A program made the position numbers and the translations under genes. The notes beneath the pieces are model-generated. The model was not told the origin of the DNA and made no database searches. It worked only from the letters and a program-made list of their open reading frames with translations. Positions 56,257 through 64,000 of a stretch of DNA of 64,000 nt are shown here, in pieces. The stretch is from Dehalococcoidia bacterium (GTDB taxonomy: Bacteria > Chloroflexota > Dehalococcoidia > UBA2979), in the NCBI GenBank assembly GCA_964291495.2, contig OZ219872.1, forward strand, positions 192,001 through 256,000, written 5' to 3'. Position 1 is the first letter of the stretch, and each line of letters begins with the position of its first letter.

Positions 56257-57285
56257 GTGCTGAGCTTCATCGGGCGCCACCGGCGCCTCGTCGCCATCCA
56301 GCTGCCGCTGATCGCGATCTCGCTCGCGCTGCTGATCTGGCGAGTCGACATCGTCGAGGGCTTCCGGCACCTGCCGGACGTGCGGCCCGGCTGGATCCTG
56401 GCGGGCATGGCCACCTTCACCCTCTCGAAGGCGATTCACGCCTACCGCTGGCGCGTATTCCTGCAGCACCGCGAGGCGCCGCTCGCGCCGCTGTTCGGGA
56501 TCTTCCTCGCCTCGAACCTGGCGAACGCACTCGTGCCGTTCCGCGCCGGCGACTTGCTGCGCATCGAGCTGCCGAGCCGGATGCTGAAGCTGCCGCGCGC
56601 CGAGCTCGTCAGCAGCGTGCTGATCGTGGAGACGGTCTTCGACGGGTTGGCGTTCGTGCTGTTGCTGCTCGCGGCCGTCGCGCTCTTCGGCGACCTCGTC
56701 GTAGCCCTGCCCGCGGTGGTCTTCTTCGCCGTCGTGGTCCTCGTCGTCTTCCTCGGCTCGAGCTGGCTCGCCCGGCTCGGCGTGCCCGAGGATCCGGAGC
56801 ATTCCGCCCTGCTGCGCTGGTTGCCGGAGCGCTGGCGCGGGCGCGGGGCGCGCTACACCCGCCAGTTCATCGAGGGCATGAGCTCGTTGCGCGACCTGCG
56901 CCGCATCGCCGGGGCGCTCATCGTCTCGATCGTCGCCTGGGTGGCTGAGGTGGCCGTCTACTGGATGATGGGCCAGGCGTTCGGCTTCAACCTCGACGCC
57001 GGCGAGGCGATCGTGCTGATGATCGCCGCCAACCTCGTCGTCTCCCTGCCGCTCACACCCTGGGACGTCGGACCCTACGAGATCGCGGTGACCGAGGCGT
57101 TCGTGTTGCTCGGCGGCGATCGCATCGATGCGAGCACCTACGCCGTCGGCTCCCACCTCGTGCTGCTCGGGTGGATCACGCTGAGCGGCGCGGTGGCCAT
57201 GCTGGCGCTGAGCCTCCGCCCTCGCGAGGTCTTCCGCAGCGGCAGCGCGAGGCCCGAAGAGCCCCCTCGCGACGATCCGGGGTAG
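56257..57285 (+). CDS. Lysylphosphatidylglycerol synthase TM / flippase-like protein (UPF0104)
   Basis: A.RW, N..VP.RAGD..R, E.VFD, P.TP...GPYE. Confidence 0.85.
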   Translation: MLSFIGRHRRLVAIQLPLIAISLALLIWRVDIVEGFRHLPDVRPGWILAGMATFTLSKAIHAYRWRVFLQHREAPLAPLFGIFLASNLANALVPFRAGDLLRIELPSRMLKLPRAELVSSVLIVETVFDGLAFVLLLLAAVALFGDLVVALPAVVFFAVVVLVVFLGSSWLARLGVPEDPEHSALLRWLPERWRGRGARYTRQFIEGMSSLRDLRRIAGALIVSIVAWVAEVAVYWMMGQAFGFNLDAGEAIVLMIAANLVVSLPLTPWDVGPYEIAVTEAFVLLGGDRIDASTYAVGSHLVLLGWITLSGAVAMLALSLRPREVFRSGSARPEEPPRDDPG

Positions 57286-57338
57286 GCTGGCCCTCGCTAC
57301 TTTTGCTTATGTCTCGTGCCGATGAGGGCGCGCGCACC

Positions 57339-58556
57339 TCAGGCGACGACCAGCGGCACGAGCATCTCGGCCGGCGTCAGCCCCGCGTGGTGCGAGCGCT
57401 GCTGCAAGGCCTCGCGCGAGGCCTTCGAGGGCTGGAAGCCGAGCACGGCCACCCCTCGCGAGATCGCCATGAAGTCGCCGAGCCGCTGCCGCGTCCGGGG
57501 GGCCAGCGGACCGGGGCCGAGCAGGCCGAGCTCCTCGACCTCGCCGGTTGTGAGCAGGTAGAAGTGCCGGCCGAACGCGAAGCGGAAATCCTCCTCGAAG
57601 CGCTCGCGCGCGTCGGGGCGGACGTGGAACTCGAGCACGCGCGCGTCTCCCGACGCCGGGCTCGCGAGGAGCGCGGGGAGGCCGTAGGCGGTGCGGATCA
57701 TGAACCGGTCCGGAGCGCTGACGCCGAGGTGCCCGTGATCCGCGGTCACGACCACGGCCGCGGAGTCGCCAAGCGCGGCCTTGAGGTCCGCGACAAGCCG
57801 GTCGACGGCGAGCACGGCGGCGCGGACCGCGCTGCTCTCCGAGCCGCCGTGGTGCGCCTCGTTGTCGACGTGGGGGACGTAGACGTAGGCGAACGTCGGT
57901 TTGCCGGCGGCCCGCACGGTCTCCGTGATCGCCTCGGCCGTTCCCGCCAGCGAGCGGTAGCCGGCGGCGGGGCCCGCCGCCCAGTAACGCGAGTAGACGC
58001 TGTCGGCGATCTGGTGCGGCAGCAGGAAGTGGCGCGACCGCTCGATCCGCGAGGCGAGGCTCGCCGCCGGGAAGGCGTCCTCGGGCGTCACGCCGAGGTC
58101 GACGAGCGAGCGGTCATCGGAGCGGCGGCGGTACTGCAGGATCGTCGCCGGGCCGCCGATCTCCTCGATGTGCGTCCACCAGCCGATGATCGCGTGCCGC
58201 GCCGGCCACTCCCCGGTGGCGAGCGAGGTGAGCGCGACGGCCGAGGAGGAGGGGAAGACCGTGCGCAGCTCGCCGCGCAGGTTGCCGCGCAGCGTGCGCG
58301 CGCCTTCCTCGCGCTCCAGCATCCCCATGCCGAGCCCGTCGGCGAGGATGAGCACGATGTGCTCGCGCTCGGCGAGCGAGGCGGCGATCTCGCCGGCGAA
58401 CGGGGAGAGCTCGAGGCCGCCCGCGCCCGCGCCGGCGGCCACAGCGCGGGCCAGGTCGACAAGGTTCGGCACGCTCGGGTCCGGGCGCAGCAACTCGCCC
58501 GAGTCGAACGCTGCGAGCAGGCCCTCGACATCCGGCGAGCGCGCGTGATCAGGCAT
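57339..58556 (-). CDS. Alkaline phosphatase superfamily protein (nucleotide pyrophosphatase-like)
   Basis: LADGLG, TVFPSSSA.ALTSL.TG..P..H, VD..AH..G, TADHGH, H.GLT..EM.VP. Confidence 0.87.
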   Translation of the reverse strand: MPDHARSPDVEGLLAAFDSGELLRPDPSVPNLVDLARAVAAGAGAGGLELSPFAGEIAASLAEREHIVLILADGLGMGMLEREEGARTLRGNLRGELRTVFPSSSAVALTSLATGEWPARHAIIGWWTHIEEIGGPATILQYRRRSDDRSLVDLGVTPEDAFPAASLASRIERSRHFLLPHQIADSVYSRYWAAGPAAGYRSLAGTAEAITETVRAAGKPTFAYVYVPHVDNEAHHGGSESSAVRAAVLAVDRLVADLKAALGDSAAVVVTADHGHLGVSAPDRFMIRTAYGLPALLASPASGDARVLEFHVRPDARERFEEDFRFAFGRHFYLLTTGEVEELGLLGPGPLAPRTRQRLGDFMAISRGVAVLGFQPSKASREALQQRSHHAGLTPAEMLVPLVVA

Positions 58557-58641
58557 TGCACGACGCTATCATGAAGACGTGGCGGGTGTGGCTGCCGCAA
58601 CGACCTGCGGCGGGCGGACGACCCGCGGATCTGGCCGGCGG

Positions 58642-60837
58642 ATGCCCCTTCCCGACGCCCTCGACGCGGACCGTATCGCGGCCCAGCTCGGGCCGGCCTA
58701 CGGGGCGATCGATGCCGCCGAGCGGGCGCGGCATCCCGCTCTCACCGAGCGCATCGCCGTGGCGACCGACATCGCCGGCGAGTGGCGGTCGCTCGGCGGA
58801 GCTGCGTACGCCGTCACGGTCGTCGCGCCGGACATCCCCGGCGCGCTCTCGCTCATCGCCGGCTCGCTGACGGCGCAGGGCTTCGACATCGAGACGGCCG
58901 ACCTCTTCACGGTGCGGCGGGCAGCGCCCGCCCGGCGCCCGCCGCCGCGCCCCGGCCGCTTCAGAGCAGCGGGGGGGCGTCCCGGCATGCCGGGACGCCC
59001 GCTGACGCCGCGCGCGACGACCCGGCCCTCGCGACTGCTCCTCGATCGCTTCGTGGTGCGAGGGGCCGGCGACCGCGACCCCTGGGAGGCGATCCGCCCC
59101 GGCCTCGCCGAGGCGTTCGCGCTGCTCGCGGGCGGCGACGCCGAGGCCGCGCACGCCTCGATCATCGAGGGCATCGGTCGCACCCTGCCGCGCGGACAGG
59201 CGCCCGCGCGCCCGCTCTATCCCGTTGCGGTCGATGTCGACGCGAGCTCGGACCCCGCCGCGACGGTGCTGACCATCGCGGGCGTCGACGAGCGCGGCTT
59301 CCTGTTCGAGTTCACCAACGCCCTCGCGCTGCTGGAGGTGTCCATCCAGCGCGCCGAGGTGCGCACCGAAGGCAGGGAGAGCCGCGACACGTTCTGGGTG
59401 ACCACGCGCGACGGGTCCAAGCTCGAGGACCCGATGCGCCTCGAGGAGTTGCGTGTCGTGGCGGTGCTGATCCGGCAGTTCACGCAGCTGCTGCCGCTCG
59501 CGCCCGACCCCACGCAGGCGCTGCGGCAGTTCAGCGCCCTCGCGCGCAGCCTGCTCGCCTTCCGCGAGCGGCGCGAGTCGCTGGCGGCGCTGGCCGACGA
59601 AGGCGTGCTCGAAACGCTGGCGGCGGCGCTCGGCGTGAGCCGCTACCTCTGGGAGGACTTCCTGCGCTTCCAGCACGAGAACCTGTTCCCGGTGCTCACC
59701 GACCTCCCCGCCCTCGACGCCGCGCGCCCCCCGGCGGAGCTCCGCGAGGCGTTGCGCGCCGCCTCTCCCGACGGCGGCCCGCCCGATGCCGCCATGCTGA
59801 ACGCCTTCAAGGACCGCGAGCTGTTCCGCATCGACCTGCGGCACATCAGCGGCCGCACGGGCTTCGCCGACTTCTCGCGCGAGCTATCCGACCTCGCGGA
59901 GGTCGTGGTCGGCGAGGCGGCGGCGATCGCCGGGCGCAGACTCGAGCAGCGCCACGGCGCGCCGCGCCTGACCTCGGGCGCCCCGTGCCGCTGGACGATC
60001 GCCGCGCTCGGCAAGTTCGGAGGACGCGAGATCGGCTTCGCCTCGGACCTCGAGCTGCTCACGGTGTACGAGGGCGACGGGACGACCGACGGCGAGGAGC
60101 CAATCCCGAATGCCGCATGGTTCGAGCAGTTCGTGCGCGGCGTGCGCGACGCGATCCAGGCGCCACGTGAGGGCATCTTCGAACTCGACCTGCGGCTGCG
60201 GCCGCACGGCGACGGCGGCAGCCTGGCCAACTCGATCGAGCAGTGCCGCGGCTACTACTCGGAGGGCGGGGGCGCGCGGCAATTCGAGCGCATGGCGCTC
60301 GTCCGCCTGCGCCCGGTCGCCGGCGACGCCGACCTCGGGCACGCCCTTGAGGAAGTGAGGGACGCGTTCGTGTACTCGGGCGCCCCGTTCGACATCGCCG
60401 AGCAACTGCACCTCCGCGAGCGCCAGGCGACGGAGCTGGTCGCGGCGGGCGAGCGCAACGCCAAGCACAGCCGCGGCGGGCTCGTCGACGTCGAGTACTA
60501 CGTGCAGGTGCTGCAGATCATCGCCGGCGCCACGGAGCCCTCGGTGCGCACGCCGAGCACCGTCGACGCCATCGCCGCGCTCGCCGCGACGGGGCACATC
60601 AGCTACGACGACGCGGCGAAGCTCCCGGAGGCGTACGCGTTCCTGCGGCGGCTGATCGGGGCGCTGCGCGTGGTGCGCGGCAACGCGCGCGACCTCACGA
60701 TCCCCTCGCTCGGATCGCGGGAGTTCGAGTACCTCTCGCGCCGCCTCTACTACGAGGCGCCCGAGGCGCTCGCGGCGGCGATCGATGTGCGCATGGAGTA
60801 CGCCGCGTCGCTCTGGAGCCAGCTCCCGGTGGAGTAG
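58642..60837 (+). CDS. ACT-domain-containing GlnE-like adenylyltransferase
   Basis: Two GlnD-like ACT domains, then ALGKFGGREIGFASDLE, DLRLRP.G..G.L, ERMAL.R.R.VAGD, K...GGLVDVEY.VQ. Confidence 0.8.
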   Translation: MPLPDALDADRIAAQLGPAYGAIDAAERARHPALTERIAVATDIAGEWRSLGGAAYAVTVVAPDIPGALSLIAGSLTAQGFDIETADLFTVRRAAPARRPPPRPGRFRAAGGRPGMPGRPLTPRATTRPSRLLLDRFVVRGAGDRDPWEAIRPGLAEAFALLAGGDAEAAHASIIEGIGRTLPRGQAPARPLYPVAVDVDASSDPAATVLTIAGVDERGFLFEFTNALALLEVSIQRAEVRTEGRESRDTFWVTTRDGSKLEDPMRLEELRVVAVLIRQFTQLLPLAPDPTQALRQFSALARSLLAFRERRESLAALADEGVLETLAAALGVSRYLWEDFLRFQHENLFPVLTDLPALDAARPPAELREALRAASPDGGPPDAAMLNAFKDRELFRIDLRHISGRTGFADFSRELSDLAEVVVGEAAAIAGRRLEQRHGAPRLTSGAPCRWTIAALGKFGGREIGFASDLELLTVYEGDGTTDGEEPIPNAAWFEQFVRGVRDAIQAPREGIFELDLRLRPHGDGGSLANSIEQCRGYYSEGGGARQFERMALVRLRPVAGDADLGHALEEVRDAFVYSGAPFDIAEQLHLRERQATELVAAGERNAKHSRGGLVDVEYYVQVLQIIAGATEPSVRTPSTVDAIAALAATGHISYDDAAKLPEAYAFLRRLIGALRVVRGNARDLTIPSLGSREFEYLSRRLYYEAPEALAAAIDVRMEYAASLWSQLPVE

Positions 60838-60899
60838 CGCGCCGTACTGCGCCCTCCTCGGCGAAGGTTCCCTCGGCGCGAGCCCTTACGTCTGGCCGA

Positions 60900-60975
60900 T
60901 GGTGCCCCCAAGCGGGTTCGAACCGCTGTTTCCACCTTGAAAGGGTGGCGTCCTGGTCCCCTAGACGATGGGGGC
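60900..60975 (-). tRNA. tRNA-Glu(TTC)
   Basis: GCCCCCATCGTCTAGGGGACCAGGACGCCACCCTTTCAAGGTGGAAACAGCGGTTCGAACCCGCTTGGGGGCACCA. Confidence 0.96.
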
Positions 60976-61151
60976 GAGCGCACGTCGAGCATACCAAGGC
61001 CGGCGCGCAGCCGCCGCGTCCCGCTGCTCGACGAGGCGAGGGCTTGCCGGCGCCCGATTCTCCCCGCGGCGCCCGCGAAACATGCCCGCCGGTACTAGCG
61101 CGCACGCCCAGCTTGTCGCACCATTCAACATCTCAGGCCAGGAGCAGGCTC

Positions 61152-62618
61152 ATGACATACGAATCGTTCCAACCGCAAGCCCGGGTCGTTGATGAGTACG
61201 AGAGTCCCATCTCGGGCTATCAGCTGCTGATGATGCTGCGGATCGAGAATGCGCCGGGCAAGCTCGGCCTGGTCACCACCGCGATCGGCGAGTGCGGCGG
61301 CGACATCGGCGCGGTCGACATCCAGGAGGCCGCCAGCGACTACATGGTCCGCGAGCTGCGCGTCTTCTGCCGCGACGTGAACCACGCGCGCGAGATCGTC
61401 GGCGCCGTCGAGGCCGTCGACGGTGTCGAGGTGCAGCGCGCCTCGGACCGCACCTTCCAGCTCCACCGCGGCGGGAAGATCGAGATCGCCAACAAGGTGC
61501 ACATCCGCACGAACGCGGAGCTCTCCCACGTCTACACGCCTGGCGTCGCGCGCGTCTCGATGATGGTGCACGACGAGCCGGACTCGGTCTGGGCGCTGAC
61601 CGCGCGCCGCAACACCGTCGCCGTCGTCACCGACGGCACCGCCGTGCTCGGCCTCGGCGACATCGGCCCGGAGGCGGCGATGCCGGTCATGGAGGGCAAG
61701 TGCATGCTCTTCAAGAGCTTCGGCGAGATCGACGCCTGGCCGATCTGCCTCGACACGAAGGACCCGGACCGCATCGTCGACATCGTCGAGGCGATCGCAC
61801 CCACGTTCGGCGGGATCCTGCTCGAGGACATCTCCGCGCCGCGCTGCTTCGACATCGAGGACCGACTCGTCGAGAAGCTGGACATCCCGGTCTTCCACGA
61901 CGACCAGCACGGCACCGCCGTCGTGGTCCTCGCGGCGCTGATCAACAGCCTCAAGATCGTGAACAAGCCGCCCGAGGACCTGAAGGTCGTCGTGCTCGGC
62001 GTCGGCGCGTCCGGGATTGCCTGCGCGCGCATCATGCTCAACTACGGCGTGCGCGACATCATCGGCTTCGACCGCACCGGGGCCGTCTACCCCGGCCGCG
62101 AGAACCTGAACCCGGCGAAGGAGTGGTTCGCCGAGCACACCAACCCGGACGGCTTCCAGGGCGACCTGACGCAGGCAATGCGCGGAGCGGACATGTTCCT
62201 CGGGCTCTCGGGTCCACGCATGCTCTCGCCGGAGCAGGTCGGCAGCATGGCCGAGGACTCGATCGTGCTCGCGCTGTCCAACCCGGAGCCGGAGATCATG
62301 CCGGAGCTGATCACCGGCCAGGCGCGCGTGATCGCGACCGGGCGCTCCGACTACCCGAACCAGGTCAACAACGTGCTCTGCTTCCCCGGGCTCTTCCGCG
62401 GCGCCTTCGACGCCGGCGCGAAGCGCATCACCGAGGAGATGAAGCTCGTCGCGGCGCATGCGATCGCCGAGGTCATTCCCGACGACCAGCTCAACGAGGA
62501 GTACATCCTGCCCTCGGTCTTCAACGAGGAGGTCGTGCGCCGCGTCGCCGCAGCGGTCGCCGAGGAGGCGCGCCGCACCGGCAACGTCCGCCAGGCCGGC
62601 TCCCGGGTCTTCGTCTAG
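61152..62618 (+). CDS. NAD(P)-dependent malic enzyme with N-terminal ACT domain
   Basis: YTPGVA, TDGTAVLGLGDIG, VMEGK, LEDISAP.CF, FHDDQHGTA, TGRSDYPNQVNNVL.FPG. Confidence 0.95.
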   Translation: MTYESFQPQARVVDEYESPISGYQLLMMLRIENAPGKLGLVTTAIGECGGDIGAVDIQEAASDYMVRELRVFCRDVNHAREIVGAVEAVDGVEVQRASDRTFQLHRGGKIEIANKVHIRTNAELSHVYTPGVARVSMMVHDEPDSVWALTARRNTVAVVTDGTAVLGLGDIGPEAAMPVMEGKCMLFKSFGEIDAWPICLDTKDPDRIVDIVEAIAPTFGGILLEDISAPRCFDIEDRLVEKLDIPVFHDDQHGTAVVVLAALINSLKIVNKPPEDLKVVVLGVGASGIACARIMLNYGVRDIIGFDRTGAVYPGRENLNPAKEWFAEHTNPDGFQGDLTQAMRGADMFLGLSGPRMLSPEQVGSMAEDSIVLALSNPEPEIMPELITGQARVIATGRSDYPNQVNNVLCFPGLFRGAFDAGAKRITEEMKLVAAHAIAEVIPDDQLNEEYILPSVFNEEVVRRVAAAVAEEARRTGNVRQAGSRVFV

Positions 62619-62666
62619 CGACGAACAGTACCTCGAGGGCGGGCGGGCCAAGCCGCCCTGCGCGCG

Positions 62667-63650
62667 TCCGACGTCCACGAGACGAGTACCCCCGAGGGCG
62701 CAACGACCCACCGAGCCGGAAGCACCTGCGGCGAGCCCCCTCACCCCCTCCCTCTCCCCCAGGAGAGGGGGTCGGAGCGGAGCCGGAGGCCGGTTTCCCT
62801 ACCATCGTCATTCCGGCGGAAGCCGGAATCCAGCCCGAGCCGCGCAGCGCGCTCGCTCCGACGTCCGCGGGGCAAGTACCCGCGAGGGCGCAACGACCCA
62901 CCGAGCCGGAAGCACCTGCGGGCGAGCCCCCTCACCCCCTCCCTCTCCCCCAGGAGAGGGGGCCGGAGCGGAGCGGGAGCGTCCTCGATGGTCGCGTCGT
63001 GCGCGGCGGACCGCTGGGGGGCGTGGGGGGCTAAGCCCCCCACAGAAGGAAAGTCCGAGGGCGGGTGGGTGGGCCGAGCGGCGCGCAGCGCCCGCTCATC
63101 CGACGTCCGCGGGGCACGAGCTTTCGAGCGCAACAGCTCATTGAGGTGGGACGCAACCGCGGGCGAGCCCCCTCACCCCCTCCCTCTCCCCCAGGAGAGG
63201 GGGCCGGAGGGGAGCCGGAGGGGCGGTTCACCACCCTCGTCATTCCGGCGGAAGCCGGAATCCAGCCGAGCCGCGCAGCGCGCTCGCTCCGACGTCCGCG
63301 CGGCAAGTACCCGCGAGGGCGCAACGACCCACCGAGCCGGAAGCACCCGCGGCGAGCCCCCTCACCCCCTCCCGCTCCCCCAGGAGAGGGGGCCGGAGCG
63401 GAGCGGGAGCGTCCTCGATGGTCGCGTCGTGTGCGGCGGACCGCTGGGGGGCGTGGGGGGCTAAGCCCCCCACAGAAGGAAAGTCCGAGGGCGGGTGGGT
63501 GGGCCGAGCGGCGCGCAGCGCCCGCTCATCCGACGTCCGCGGGGCACGAGCTTTCGGGCGCAACAGCTCATTGAGGTGGGAAGCACCCGCGGGCGAGCCC
63601 CCTCACCCCAACCCTCTCCCCCGGGAGAGGGGGCCGGAGGGGAGCCGGAG
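62667..63650. repeat. Composite tandem array of three palindrome families, ~430-bp period
   Basis: Five CCCCCTCACCCC..CTCCCC.(A/G)GGAGAGGGGG units, two GTCATTCCGGCGGAAGCCGGAATCCAG, two GTGGGGGGCTAAGCCCCCCAC; lies between convergent genes. Confidence 0.92.
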
Positions 63651-63665
63651 CGTCGGGGACGGGGC

Positions 63666-64000
63666 CTACTGGTAGGAGTAGCGCTGTTCCTTCCACGGGT
63701 CGCCGTGGATGTGGTAGCCGTACATCTCCCAGAAGCCGGGGCGCACCTCGGGCAGGAACTCCATGCCGCGCACCCACTTCGCGCTCTTCCAGAAGTAGAG
63801 CTGCGGGATCACCCCGCGCAGCGGGCCGCCGTGATCGCGCTCGATCGGCTGGCCGTCGTGGGTGTGCGCGAACAGCACGCCGTCGAGCAGCAGCTCGTCG
63901 AGCGACACATTCGTCGTGTAGCCGCCGTAGGAGTGGAACATCACTTCCTTCGCCTCGGGCAGCACCTTCGCGAGGGCCATCACGTCGCTGAAGCGCACGC
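63666..64000 (-). CDS. Sulfite oxidase-like molybdopterin oxidoreductase, 5'-truncated by window edge
   Basis: GYTTN, DHGGPLR..IP.LYFWKSAKW, GFWE..GYH..GDPW.EQRY. Confidence 0.92.
   Translation of the reverse strand, partial: VRFSDVMALAKVLPEAKEVMFHSYGGYTTNVSLDELLLDGVLFAHTHDGQPIERDHGGPLRGVIPQLYFWKSAKWVRGMEFLPEVRPGFWEMYGYHIHGDPWKEQRYSYQ

Noticed and set aside
63046-63060. AAGGAAAGTCCG resembles the RNase P RNA conserved motif GAGGAAAGTCC
   Set aside because: It occurs twice inside the tandem repeat, and no matching 3' P4 strand or other rnpB motifs were found
62667-63650. Possible CRISPR array
   Set aside because: Sequences between the repeats are themselves repeated rather than unique spacers, the period is far too long, and no cas genes are in the window
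62458-63777. Multiple ORFs across the repeat array
   Set aside because: They are translations of palindromic repeats (PPHPLPLPQERG, VIPAEAGIQ), with no RBS and open in many frames

Overview
High-GC bacterial chromosomal segment, most likely Chloroflexota (Dehalococcoidia/SAR202-like). This assignment is inferred from gene content: expanded luciferase-like monooxygenases and SnoaL proteins, the PurN variant and the RpoD insert. The window holds about 65 CDS: housekeeping genes (efp, xseAB, purN, cmk, ppdK, glmS, dnaG-rpoD, mazG, pcrA, msrA, malic enzyme), three tRNAs (Phe-GAA, Glu-CTC, Glu-TTC), a flavin-monooxygenase/SnoaL-rich accessory region with a TIR gene and a hicAB locus, and a family of composite palindromic repeats. 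The ORF track misses several things: (1) a 565-aa selenoprotein (UGA read as Sec in a D-U-G-S-C motif, with a SECIS-like hairpin) fused to a conserved uncharacterised domain; (2) a circularly permuted CcdA; (3) a frameshifted hicA; (4) an in-frame stop in glmS; (5) a probable ATC start codon; (6) ten genes with a TANNNT box 6-8 nt before the start codon, suggesting leaderless mRNAs. Other oddities are a non-canonical EF-P tip loop, an ACT-ACT-GlnE hybrid and an ABC system with two degenerate ATPases. No CRISPR array, rRNA, integrase or transposase was found. All family calls come from motif recognition by eye; no database searches were run.
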